DNA from: an uncultured Collinsella sp.
GTDB taxonomy: Bacteria; Actinomycetota; Coriobacteriia; Coriobacteriales; Coriobacteriaceae
Direction of reading: 5' to 3'
Assembly: GCA_958407555.1 (NCBI GenBank)
Contig: CATYJC010000001.1
Span: 1,188-65,187, forward strand
Length of the DNA stretch: 64,000 nucleotides
A program made the position numbers and the translations under genes. The number at the start of each line of letters is the position of its first letter. Within the stretch, counting starts at the first letter, position 1. Below are positions 28,066-36,744 of this stretch, in pieces. A model generated the notes under the pieces. The model searched no databases, was not told where the DNA came from, and saw nothing but the letters and a program-made list of their open reading frames with translations.

Positions 28066-29466
28066 ATGGACGCTATGGATACTCAGAGCCCAACATATTC
28101 CGATGATGAGCTGACCGCTGCGCTCGCCGGACACCTGGCGTCACTTGAGCGTGATGACAGTTATCGCGTAGACCGTGTGCTCAAGCACTCCGACGTCGAG
28201 ACGACCGAGCTCGTATACTTTGAGGGCTCCGGCGGGGGATCTCTTGGCCCCTTTGTTCGCAAGCGCATCGACGCGTCGGCCCAGATTGGCGGGGCGTATG
28301 AACGCCTGTTTGCGGCCCAGCATGCCGGGCGACGTTACGAGCACTTGCCTCGGATTGTCGATTGCCACCGCGTGGGCGACGAGCTTTGCGTGGTCATGGA
28401 ATACATCGAAGGCGAAACGCTCGGGGCCCTGGTGGGGCGTTTGGGTGCGACGCCCGATTATGCTTGTGAGCTGTTTGGCGCCCTTTGTGATGCAGTTGCG
28501 GAGCTCCATGCCGGCTTTGCGTCGGCGGGGGAGATGACTGCGCCGGTGATCCATCGCGACCTAAAGCCTTCGAATATCATCGTTTCGGGCGCGAACTATA
28601 CGCCCGATACAGGCATGACGTTTTCATCGCTGGTGATTATCGACTTGGGAATCGCTCGCGTGTGGCGCGAAGGAGCCGATGCCGATACCGTTAAGTTTGG
28701 TACGCGACCCTATGCGCCACCCGAACAGTACGGTTTTGGCCAGACGAGCGTGCGCAGCGATGTCTATGCGCTCGGTGCCCTGCTGTTTTTTTGTCTGACG
28801 GGGGCCGATCCCAAACCAGGTCGGAACATGCGCGAGCAATGCGAGACATATGACGTCCCCGCCTCGCTTGCCGATGTTATTTGCATGGCGATGGCGCTCG
28901 ATCCGGACAAGCGCTTTGCAAGTGCGAAGGCGCTAGGGCACGCTGCGCGCGCATCCTATGCGTTGTCCGCACCGACGCCGTCGTCCGCGCCGAATGCTGC
29001 TTCCTTCCAAGAGCCCCCAGAGCGGCGAGCTGTGTGCCCTGCGCCCGTGCTCCCCACGGATCAGTCTCAGGGTGGGTTGCCATTGGTGCCTGAGCGCCCG
29101 AGTTTAATCTCCCGCATTCCCGACACCGTTGGGCGCATTTGGAACGGATTCGTCTATCTTTCGCTACTTGTTTTCTTTGCCGGAAGCCATTTTGCCGTTT
29201 TTCATCCCACGGGCGCCAACCAAAACTACCCGATGTGGTTTCTCGCGATTGAGTATTTTATCTTCGTTGACGGTCTCATAGTGCTCATTCATTTTGTGAT
29301 GCTCGATAAACGCCGCCTTCGCCGGCGGTTTGAGCTACTCGATAGATATCGCGGTAAAAAGCTTGCAAAGCTCTGGCTCAAGGCTATGGGTGTGCTCTTG
29401 TTGGCAATGATTATCATTGTTGCCATCGCAAACGCGACTGGCATCGTCGATACCTCCGTCGCATAA
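28066..29466 (+). CDS. Hanks-type Ser/Thr protein kinase with C-terminal TM helices
   Basis: VMEYIEGETL, IHRDLKPSNII, IIDLGIAR, GTRPYAPPEQYG, SDVYALG, DPDKRF; three hydrophobic segments at the C-terminus. Confidence 0.9.
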   Translation: MDAMDTQSPTYSDDELTAALAGHLASLERDDSYRVDRVLKHSDVETTELVYFEGSGGGSLGPFVRKRIDASAQIGGAYERLFAAQHAGRRYEHLPRIVDCHRVGDELCVVMEYIEGETLGALVGRLGATPDYACELFGALCDAVAELHAGFASAGEMTAPVIHRDLKPSNIIVSGANYTPDTGMTFSSLVIIDLGIARVWREGADADTVKFGTRPYAPPEQYGFGQTSVRSDVYALGALLFFCLTGADPKPGRNMREQCETYDVPASLADVICMAMALDPDKRFASAKALGHAARASYALSAPTPSSAPNAASFQEPPERRAVCPAPVLPTDQSQGGLPLVPERPSLISRIPDTVGRIWNGFVYLSLLVFFAGSHFAVFHPTGANQNYPMWFLAIEYFIFVDGLIVLIHFVMLDKRRLRRRFELLDRYRGKKLAKLWLKAMGVLLLAMIIIVAIANATGIVDTSVA

Positions 29467-29473
29467 AAGAAAA

Positions 29474-29497
29474 AAAGGGCCCCAATTGGGGCCCTTT
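29474..29497. terminator. Bidirectional terminator
   Basis: AAAGGGCCCC-AATT-GGGGCCCTTT between convergent genes. Confidence 0.8.
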
Positions 29498-29507
29498 GAC
29501 GTTGATC

Positions 29508-30641
29508 TTAGATGCGGTTCATCTGGGTTGCAACCTTGTTGTACCAGTCCTGCCACGTGGGCGGGCAGTACTTTTTGGCGGCTGCCGGGGTAAGCGTGGA
29601 GCCATAGTTGGCGCCCAGGTAGGCAACGTGGGCAGAGACGCCCTCGCTCCAGCTACCAAAGCTCCGCCAGCCGCCGCCGCGGGCGCTCCAGCCCCAGGCG
29701 TTATAGGAGCCAGCACAATAGAGGCCCTTGCTGCTCTCGATGCAGGCGATGGCGGGAGACCAACGAGGGTCAACACCGGTGTTCCAGGCGGCGACGGCAA
29801 AGGTGTAACCCTGGCCTGCCATGGGGGAGCCGGCGAGGTAGTTGTCGATGCGACTCGTCCACTCGTTGATAAACGAGTCGTAATCGGAGTTGCCGGTATT
29901 GGAGTTGTTCACCGTGGTGTCAATGGTGGTGTTGGCGTTATTGGCCTGGCTGTTGGAGTTGTTGCCGCTCACGCCCTCGCCCGAGAGCTTCTCGGCGGCA
30001 GCGGCCTTGTCGGCCTCGAGCTTGGCCAGCTCGGCGGCATTCTCCTGCTCGGCCTTTGCCTGGGCTTCGCTGCGAAGCTGCTGGGCCTGTGCCAGTGCGT
30101 CCTCGGCGGTTTTCTGCTCGGTCTCGAGTTGGGACTTGGCCTGCTCGAGCTCGGTCTTGTTCTGCTCGAGGTCGGTCTGCATCTTGTTGAGCTCTTCGAT
30201 CTCGTCGACGCTCGAGCTCGTGATCTGGTTGGTGTACTTGCAGGTGGTGATGAACTCGCCCAGGCTCTGCGCATTGACCAGGAAGCTGACGATGGGGTTG
30301 GTGCCCTTCTGGTACTTATACAGATCGCGCATGGCGGAGCTCGCCTTGGCCTGCTGATCGGGAAGTTCGGCTTCGATCTTCTCGATGCTTGCCTCGTTGG
30401 TGTCGATTTGCTTCTGCAGATCCTCGAGCTTGGTGCGGGCCTCGTTGTAGGCACTCGTGGCGGTTTCGATCTTCTGCTGGGCAGCGGAAAGCTGATCCTG
30501 CGTTGCCTGCGAGGCGGCATAGGCTGCGACGGGGGAGAGCATCGGCGCGGCCGTCAGTGCAACGGCGAGCGCGGCGCTCGTGATGATACGAGCCGGCTTC
30601 GACGCGATGAGCGCTGCGGTGCGATGGTTCGAATGCTGCAT
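29508..30641 (-). CDS. Secreted coiled-coil (CwlO/PcsB-like) protein with C-terminal lysozyme-like/glucosaminidase-type domain; probable peptidoglycan hydrolase
   Basis: Signal peptide ending AYA; long heptad coiled coil; S/N linker; GVDPRWSPAIACIESSKG...NAWGW. Confidence 0.75.
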   Translation of the reverse strand: MQHSNHRTAALIASKPARIITSAALAVALTAAPMLSPVAAYAASQATQDQLSAAQQKIETATSAYNEARTKLEDLQKQIDTNEASIEKIEAELPDQQAKASSAMRDLYKYQKGTNPIVSFLVNAQSLGEFITTCKYTNQITSSSVDEIEELNKMQTDLEQNKTELEQAKSQLETEQKTAEDALAQAQQLRSEAQAKAEQENAAELAKLEADKAAAAEKLSGEGVSGNNSNSQANNANTTIDTTVNNSNTGNSDYDSFINEWTSRIDNYLAGSPMAGQGYTFAVAAWNTGVDPRWSPAIACIESSKGLYCAGSYNAWGWSARGGGWRSFGSWSEGVSAHVAYLGANYGSTLTPAAAKKYCPPTWQDWYNKVATQMNRI

Positions 30642-30955
30642 CCAGTCCCTCTGCAATCAATCGTAGGTTATGGTTCGAAAGGTATTCTACTACTGCTTTC
30701 GACCTCAACTTGAACCTTAAAGGTTCTAAAGGGTCAAGTTGAACTTGAGGCTTTAGCCTTGACCTGCAGTTATAGTGAATTGTTAAGAAACCATAGAGTT
30801 CAACTTTAACGTTACGGAACCCTGCAGGCTCGATCATAAGCGCCTGCTTGCCATAGATATGGTGGAACTTTGGGAAGCGGCAGCTTGGCACGCTAGAATA
30901 AACCAGTTGCATAAAGACCGCCCATCGTACGGGCAGTTGATGATAGGAAGTTTCC

Positions 30956-32212
30956 ATGGCATTGCAGTTTACAGAGCGCGAGTTTATACCCGTGCTGCTC
31001 GGCGGCGATATCAACGCCTATTCGGTGGCGCGCGCCTTCTACGAGGAGTATCAGGTCAAGAGTCTGGTCTTTGGCAAGTATCATACGGGTCCTGCATACC
31101 GCAGCCAGATTATCGACTATACGCCCAATGTGGATATCGATACCATGCCGGTCATGATCGAGACCGTCAACGGCATTGCGCAGGCCAATCCCGATAAGAA
31201 GATTATTCTGATGGGCTGCGGCGATAACTACGTCGCGCTTGCCGCACAGGCTCAGGATGCCGGCCAGCTTGCCTCCAACGTCATCGCGCCCTATGCGCCC
31301 TACAGCATGCTCGAGCAGTGCCAGAAGAAGGAGATCTTCTACGAGCTGTGCGAGAAGCACGGTGTGCCCTATCCGCACACGTTTACCTTTACCATGGCGA
31401 TGCTCAACGCCCAGGGCGAGGCTTCCGCCGAGGTGCTCGACCAGATCGACTTCCCCTTCCCGATGATTCTGAAGCCCTCTGACGGCATTATGTGGTGGGA
31501 GCACGAGTTCGAGGGCCAGAAGAAGGCCTACGAGATTGCCGATCGCGCCGAGCTGGAGCAGGTCATTCGCGATGTGTATATGAGCGGCTACACCGACGAC
31601 CTGATTCTGCAGGACCGCGTGCCCGGCAACGACGAGTACATGCGCGTACTGACCAGTTATTCCGATCGCAACGGCAAGGTTCGCATGATGTGCCTGGGTC
31701 ACGTGCTGCTCGAGGAGCATCAGCCCCATGGTGTCGGCAACCACGCCTGCATCATCACTGAGCCCAACGACAAGCTCATGGGTGGCGTGCGCAAGTTGCT
31801 CGAAGATCTCAAGTTTACGGGTTTCTCCAACTTTGACGTCAAGTACGACGAGCGCGACGGTTCGTTTAAGTTCTTCGACTTCAACACCCGCCAGGGCCGC
31901 AGTAACTACTACGTTACCAACAGCGGCTTTAACGTTGCCAAGTACGTGGTGGATGAGTACGTGTACAACCGCCCGTTTGAGCCGGAGTTCGTGACTGCGC
32001 AGGACGAGGCGCTGTGGATGGTTGTCCCCATGGGCGTCGTTGACAAGTACGTCAAGGACCCCGAGTTGCGTGCGAAGGCGCATCGTCTGGCCAAGGAGGG
32101 CAAGGCTGCCGATCCTTCGTTTATGAAGGGCGACTTTGTCTTTAACCGCTGGCTGCGCATGTGGCACACCAAGTTGCGTCACTTTAAGCTGTTCAAGACG
32201 TATTACAAATAG
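30956..32212 (+). CDS. ATP-grasp carboxylate-amine ligase, D-aspartate ligase-like
   Basis: PVLLGGDINAYSVARAF, K..FYELCEKHGVPYP.T, FPMILKP, LILQDRVPGND, GFSNFDVKYDERDG..K.FDFN.RQGRS; next to an Asp racemase. Confidence 0.85.
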   Translation: MALQFTEREFIPVLLGGDINAYSVARAFYEEYQVKSLVFGKYHTGPAYRSQIIDYTPNVDIDTMPVMIETVNGIAQANPDKKIILMGCGDNYVALAAQAQDAGQLASNVIAPYAPYSMLEQCQKKEIFYELCEKHGVPYPHTFTFTMAMLNAQGEASAEVLDQIDFPFPMILKPSDGIMWWEHEFEGQKKAYEIADRAELEQVIRDVYMSGYTDDLILQDRVPGNDEYMRVLTSYSDRNGKVRMMCLGHVLLEEHQPHGVGNHACIITEPNDKLMGGVRKLLEDLKFTGFSNFDVKYDERDGSFKFFDFNTRQGRSNYYVTNSGFNVAKYVVDEYVYNRPFEPEFVTAQDEALWMVVPMGVVDKYVKDPELRAKAHRLAKEGKAADPSFMKGDFVFNRWLRMWHTKLRHFKLFKTYYK

Positions 32213-32297
32213 GATGAACGTCGCGCCCGCCCGGTTTGTATCGGGCGGGCGCGGGTATGATACGCGCAATGGTGCGAGCGTTACCAAGGAGGCGGCG

Positions 32298-33044
32298 ATG
32301 GAAAAACTGGGAGTTATCGGCGGTATGGGCGCCGAGGCCACGTCGTATTACTACGACCAGGTGGTGCGTCACACGGCGGCCGCCTGCGATCAGGAGCATA
32401 TCGACATGGTGGTGCTCTCTAAGTCGACCATGCCCGACCGTACGCTGGCCATCAAGACCGGCGAGCATGCCGAGTTGCTGGCGACCATGAAGGAATGTGC
32501 GCAGGCGCTCGAGGGGCTGGGCTGTGCGCACATTGCCATTCCCTGCAACACGTCACACTACTTCTACGACCAGATCCAGTCGTTTACCAAGGTGCCGATT
32601 ATCCATATGCCGCGCGAGTCGGTTCGCTATGCCCTGGCGGGCGCGGTGATGGGGGAGTGCGAGTTCGACCCCAACTTGAGCATGCCGGCCGAGCCGGTGC
32701 GCAAGATCGGCATTATGGGTACCGACGGCACCGTGGGCGCCGGCGTCTACGGGCGCGAGTGCGAGGCGGCAGGTGCCGAAGTCGTCTACCCCAGCGAGAA
32801 GCGTCAGGCCGACGTGATGTCGCTCATCTACGATGACGTGAAGGCAGGACGCGAGCCCGATATGGATAAGTTCGATCGTGTGATGTGGGAGTTCGCTCGC
32901 AGCGGCTGCGATCGCGTCATCCTGGCCTGCACTGAGCTCTCGGTGCTGCAAAAGTACCGAGAGATGCCCGAGATCACTCTCGACGCTATGGACGTCCTGG
33001 TACGCGAGTCCATTATCCGTAGCGGAGCCCCCTACCGCCTGTAG
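32298..33044 (+). CDS. Aspartate racemase
   Basis: LGVIGGMG, DQEH, PDRT, catalytic PCNTSH and ACTELS. Confidence 0.9.
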   Translation: MEKLGVIGGMGAEATSYYYDQVVRHTAAACDQEHIDMVVLSKSTMPDRTLAIKTGEHAELLATMKECAQALEGLGCAHIAIPCNTSHYFYDQIQSFTKVPIIHMPRESVRYALAGAVMGECEFDPNLSMPAEPVRKIGIMGTDGTVGAGVYGRECEAAGAEVVYPSEKRQADVMSLIYDDVKAGREPDMDKFDRVMWEFARSGCDRVILACTELSVLQKYREMPEITLDAMDVLVRESIIRSGAPYRL

Positions 33045-33050
33045 CCCTCG

Positions 33051-33085
33051 ACCTGCCAAAAAGGGACAGGTTTATTTTGGTAGGT
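33051..33085. repeat. REP-like element (stem plus GGGACAGGT loop)
   Basis: ACCTGCCAAAA-aGGGACAGGTtta-TTTTGGTAGGT. Confidence 0.6.
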
Positions 33086-33103
33086 TTTATCTTGGAAAAC
33101 AGT

Positions 33104-33140
33104 AAGGCCCCGGCTCGTTTGATGCGAGCCGGGGCCTTTT
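33104..33140. terminator. Terminator between convergent genes
   Basis: AAGGCCCCGGCTCG-tttgatg-CGAGCCGGGGCCTTTT. Confidence 0.85.
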
Positions 33141-33168
33141 ACGTTTGTCGGTTGCCGGTGACGATGGG

Positions 33169-33915
33169 TTAGAACAGGAAGCCGAGGACGATGAGGGCAA
33201 TGCTGACAATAAGTATGGCAATGTCCAGACCCTTGATGGGGTAGCGCTTGTACGAGCTCGCGCGCGTACGCAGGTAGAAGCCACGTTGCTCTGCCGCCAA
33301 GGCCGTGGCATCGGTTTTACCCACGCTCGAGATCAGTAGCGGCACGCACAGCGGCAGCATGAGTTTGAGCTTCTTGATGGGGTTCTTGGTGTCATACTCG
33401 ACGCCGCGTGCGGTCTGCGCCTCCATGATGGCGTTCATCTCCTGGCCAAACACCGGCACAAAGCGCAGTGCCGTGGTAAAGGTGAAGGCGTAGCGATACG
33501 GCACGTGCAACACCTCCACGCAGGCGTTGGCAAGGTCGTTGAGCTTGGTCACCATGAGCATCAGGATGAGTGGTAGCGCTACGCCCAGCAGGCGCAGGCA
33601 TGCCTTGGAGCCGGTGATGAGACCCGTGTCGGTAACGAAGCCCCACACGATGTTGCCATCGCGCATAAAAGCCAGCTGCAGCACCAGCATGATGAACGCG
33701 AGCGGAATCAGCAGCTTGAGCAGCGCGAGCAGGCGGTCGACGACACCGGTGTAGGCTCCCAGCGCGAGCGTGAGCGCCAGAAAGCCCAGCAGTGCCATAT
33801 AGGTGTCGGACAAGAAAATGCCGATGATGATGGCGGCGGCGAGGCCCAGTTTGATGACGGGGTTCAGGCGGTGTAGCAGCGTGTGACCCGGCATGTAGTC
33901 GATGACGTTAACCAC
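33169..33915 (-). CDS. ecfT: ECF transporter transmembrane component T
   Basis: LHRLNPVIKL, ALRFVP, EAQTARG, AAEQRGF; GTG start after AGGAG. Confidence 0.9.
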   Translation of the reverse strand: MVNVIDYMPGHTLLHRLNPVIKLGLAAAIIIGIFLSDTYMALLGFLALTLALGAYTGVVDRLLALLKLLIPLAFIMLVLQLAFMRDGNIVWGFVTDTGLITGSKACLRLLGVALPLILMLMVTKLNDLANACVEVLHVPYRYAFTFTTALRFVPVFGQEMNAIMEAQTARGVEYDTKNPIKKLKLMLPLCVPLLISSVGKTDATALAAEQRGFYLRTRASSYKRYPIKGLDIAILIVSIALIVLGFLF

Positions 33916-35659
33916 GGCGGACCATCTCCTCGGTAATGCGAACGATATCAGTGACCTCACTCACCTGCGTAAAGGCGAGCGAGACGGTAGATGCCAGACG
34001 GCGCGAGAGTTCGATGACCTGGGGCGGCTCAACGTAGGCTTGCTGCATGAGTTCGATGTTCGAGAACAGTTCGTGCGTGCGGCCCCGGTCGAGGATGCGA
34101 CCGTTGGCCATCACCACGATGCGTTCGGCAAAGTCGGAAACGACTTCCATGTCGTGACAGACCATGATGACGGCGCAACCGCGCTCGGCCATGGTGCGCA
34201 CCGTTTCCATCACAGTCATGCACTCGCGGTAGTCCAGACCGCTCGTAGGCTCGTCGAGCACCACGATCTTGGGCTCGACCACTACAACGGAGGCGAGTGC
34301 CACCATCTGGCGCTGGCCGCGCGACAGCGAGAACGGTGCCTCGTCGTCGGGCAGACCAAAGCGGTCGATGACCAGCCGGGCGCGACGCAGGGCTTCGGCG
34401 CGGTCGATGCCGGCAAGTTCTAGACCAAAGGCGACCTCGTCGAGCACGGTGTCTTTACAGATTTGGCGGTCGGGGTTCTGGAAAAGCGTTGCCACTTCGC
34501 GTGCGATGCGGCTCGTGGGAACCGATGCCGTGTCCAAGCCCGTAACGCGTACGCTGCCCGATGCGGGCCTGAGCAAACCCGTGAGCAGTTTGGTGAGCGT
34601 GGTTTTGCCGGCTCCGTTTTGGCCGACAATGCCCACGAGCTCGCCGGGGTAGAGCGTCAAGTTGAGGTCGTGGACGGCGGCGCCTCCATGGGGGTAGGAA
34701 AACTCGACATGGTCAAAGGTGAGCACCGGCTCGGCGTCTTTCGCATGCGGGCGCAGCGACGGTGCGTGCGGGGAGCCGGCTGGCGCCTGGGTATCACTTG
34801 TCGCACGGTCGGGGTCGACGATTTCCGTGATCAGGCGTTCTGCTTCGTCGACATCCAGGCAGGGCGTGCCGCTTACCAGGCCATCTGCCTCGAGACTGTT
34901 GAAGATGCGCGTGACGCGCGGGCAATCGACACCGATGGCGCGAAGCTTGTCGGTGTGCGCAAAGACCTCGTGCGGCTCACCTTGCAGCGCGATTTGGCCG
35001 TGATCGAGCACCAACACACGGTTGCAGTACTCCGAAAGCAAGGCGACCTTTTGCTCAACAACGACGATGGTGATGCCGAGCGTGCGGTTTGCCTCACGCA
35101 GTGTCTCGAAGACCAAGGTGGAACTGGCGGGGTCGAGTGCTGCGGTTGGCTCATCGAGCACTAAGACGCGCGGGCGCATGGCGAGGATGGCAGCGATGGC
35201 TACCTTTTGCTTTTGGCCGCCCGAGAGGGTGGCAATCTCGCGGTCGCGCAGGTCGCTAATGCCGACGGTCTTAAGCGTCTCGCTCACGCGCTGCTCGATT
35301 TGGTCGTGCGGAACGCCAAAGTTCTCGAGACCAAAGAGCATTTCATCCTCAACGACCGAAGCGACCATCTGCGTGTCGATGTCTTGCAGCACGCTGCCGA
35401 CAATCTGCGATATGTCGGTGAGCGAGACCTCGCAGGTGTCGTGGCCGTCAACTAACACGGAGCCATAAAAGGCGCCGGTGTAGTGGTGAGGCACGGCGCC
35501 CGACAGACAGGCGGCAAGTGTGGACTTGCCGGCGCCCGAGGGCCCGATGATGCCGATGAAATCTCCCTTGTTCACGCTGAACGAGACGTGGCTGAGCGCC
35601 TGCTCGGTTTGCGCGCCATAGGAGAACGAGACATCGTCGACGTTGATGATCGTTTCCAT
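33908..35659 (-). CDS. ECF transporter duplicated ATPase (fused A-A')
   Basis: GPSGAGKST/LSGGQKQK/DEPT and GQNGAGKTT/FQNPD/LSRGQRQ/DEPT. Confidence 0.9.
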   Translation of the reverse strand: METIINVDDVSFSYGAQTEQALSHVSFSVNKGDFIGIIGPSGAGKSTLAACLSGAVPHHYTGAFYGSVLVDGHDTCEVSLTDISQIVGSVLQDIDTQMVASVVEDEMLFGLENFGVPHDQIEQRVSETLKTVGISDLRDREIATLSGGQKQKVAIAAILAMRPRVLVLDEPTAALDPASSTLVFETLREANRTLGITIVVVEQKVALLSEYCNRVLVLDHGQIALQGEPHEVFAHTDKLRAIGVDCPRVTRIFNSLEADGLVSGTPCLDVDEAERLITEIVDPDRATSDTQAPAGSPHAPSLRPHAKDAEPVLTFDHVEFSYPHGGAAVHDLNLTLYPGELVGIVGQNGAGKTTLTKLLTGLLRPASGSVRVTGLDTASVPTSRIAREVATLFQNPDRQICKDTVLDEVAFGLELAGIDRAEALRRARLVIDRFGLPDDEAPFSLSRGQRQMVALASVVVVEPKIVVLDEPTSGLDYRECMTVMETVRTMAERGCAVIMVCHDMEVVSDFAERIVVMANGRILDRGRTHELFSNIELMQQAYVEPPQVIELSRRLASTVSLAFTQVSEVTDIVRITEEMVRRG

Positions 35660-35672
35660 GGATACCTTTCAT

Positions 35673-35725
35673 AGTCATCGGGGACGTTCTTACATGACTG
35701 GTCGTTTAGGAACGTCCCCAAATGC
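35673..35725. repeat. Inverted pair of REP-like units (GGGGACGTTC / GAACGTCCCC)
   Basis: AGTCAT-cGGGGACGTTCttac-ATGACT followed by GAACGTCCCC in the opposite orientation. Confidence 0.55.
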
Positions 35726-35765
35726 TCGTTGTTTGGGACAGTCTTTGGTGGTAAAGCCGGGCAGG

Positions 35766-36335
35766 TTAGTTGAGCTTAAGGGCCTTCTGGATGGGCAGGT
35801 AAAGGGCGCCGACCAGAATTGCGTTAAACACGGCGGTCATGGCGACGACGGGCAGCATGGCTGCGGCGAGCTCGCCCACAACGCCGAGCATGGCCATCTT
35901 GATGACCATGAAGATGACGCCCGAGACAAAGGTGGTCACGAATGTTGCGACGATGGCGATGACGGGCTTAACCTGGCCGTCCTTGGCGGTGGCGTTGACA
36001 ATGACGGCCATGAGCATAGCGGCGATGCCTTCGGCGGCAAAATCGACAAACGGCGAGGTGGTAGTGATCTGGATCACGGCCGCCGAGATGAGACCAATGA
36101 CGAGCGCCTGGCCAATGTTGGGACGAACGACCAGGATGGTGAGGCAGAAAGCCGAGATGATGAACTCGGGGCTGATCATGCCGCCCGAGATGCCCGAGAT
36201 TGCCTTGCCGACGGTGAAGTTGAGGATGAAGCCGGCGGCAAGCAGGATGGCGAGCAGGACAAGGGCGCGGATATCGAGTTTGCCGCGGTCGGCGGTCTGG
36301 ACGGTGCGGGGCTGGGCGGTGGTGTTCTGAGACAT
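35766..36335 (-). CDS. ECF S-component, TrpP-like (probable tryptophan transporter)
   Basis: About 189 aa, 6 TM; LVLLAILLAAG..L...GGMISPEF.....L.I....P...AL.IG.I.A......T pattern resembles TrpP; Trp-rich leader upstream. Confidence 0.75.
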   Translation of the reverse strand: MSQNTTAQPRTVQTADRGKLDIRALVLLAILLAAGFILNFTVGKAISGISGGMISPEFIISAFCLTILVVRPNIGQALVIGLISAAVIQITTTSPFVDFAAEGIAAMLMAVIVNATAKDGQVKPVIAIVATFVTTFVSGVIFMVIKMAMLGVVGELAAAMLPVVAMTAVFNAILVGALYLPIQKALKLN

Positions 36336-36412
36336 GGTGAAAGTCCTTTCGAAATGGGGAGTGTAAGAGAAAAACGGAGGCGCGTGATGCGAATGCGATC
36401 GGGCTCGAGATA

Positions 36413-36445
36413 GAAAAAGGCCCCCGGTCGAAACCGGAGGCCTTC
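36413..36445 (-). terminator. Attenuator terminator in the ECF operon leader
   Basis: Minus strand AAGGCCTCCGGT-TTCG-ACCGGGGGCCTT-TTTCT. Confidence 0.85.
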
Positions 36446-36480
36446 CAATCACCTAGAGCGCAAAAACAGGCGTGAGGGAC

Positions 36481-36549
36481 TCACTTTCGACCGATCGTAT
36501 TCGCATCACGCCACCACCAGTTGTTGAGGGACTTCATCGTGTTCTTCAT
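36481..36549 (-). CDS. Tryptophan-sensing leader peptide MKNTMKSLNNWWWRDANTIGRK
   Basis: AAGGAG RBS, 22 codons with three tandem TGG, followed by antiterminator/terminator. Confidence 0.85.
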   Translation of the reverse strand: MKNTMKSLNNWWWRDANTIGRK

Positions 36550-36692
36550 CTTGGTGGCTCCTTTTGTGATGCCTTGGCGCGGTTGCACCTCGTTGCTGTT
36601 GCGCTGCACTATAGCACAGCGAAGTGTGTGCGGGGAAATCTTTTTTTGAAAAGATTTCGGCGGCGTTTCCTGCCGGTCAAAAGGGCAGGCTG

Positions 36693-36729
36693 AGCGGGCG
36701 GGATGACTCATGCGACCCCGCCCGTCTCT
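36693..36729 (-). terminator. Hairpin downstream of the C69 peptidase gene
   Basis: CGGGCGGG...CCCGCCCG inverted repeat. Confidence 0.5.
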
Positions 36730-36744
36730 CGGAACGTGAGGGTC

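Noticed and set aside
36336..36700. T-box riboswitch upstream of the TrpP-like gene
   Set aside because: No recognisable T-box antiterminator consensus or Stem I; the leader peptide model explains the region
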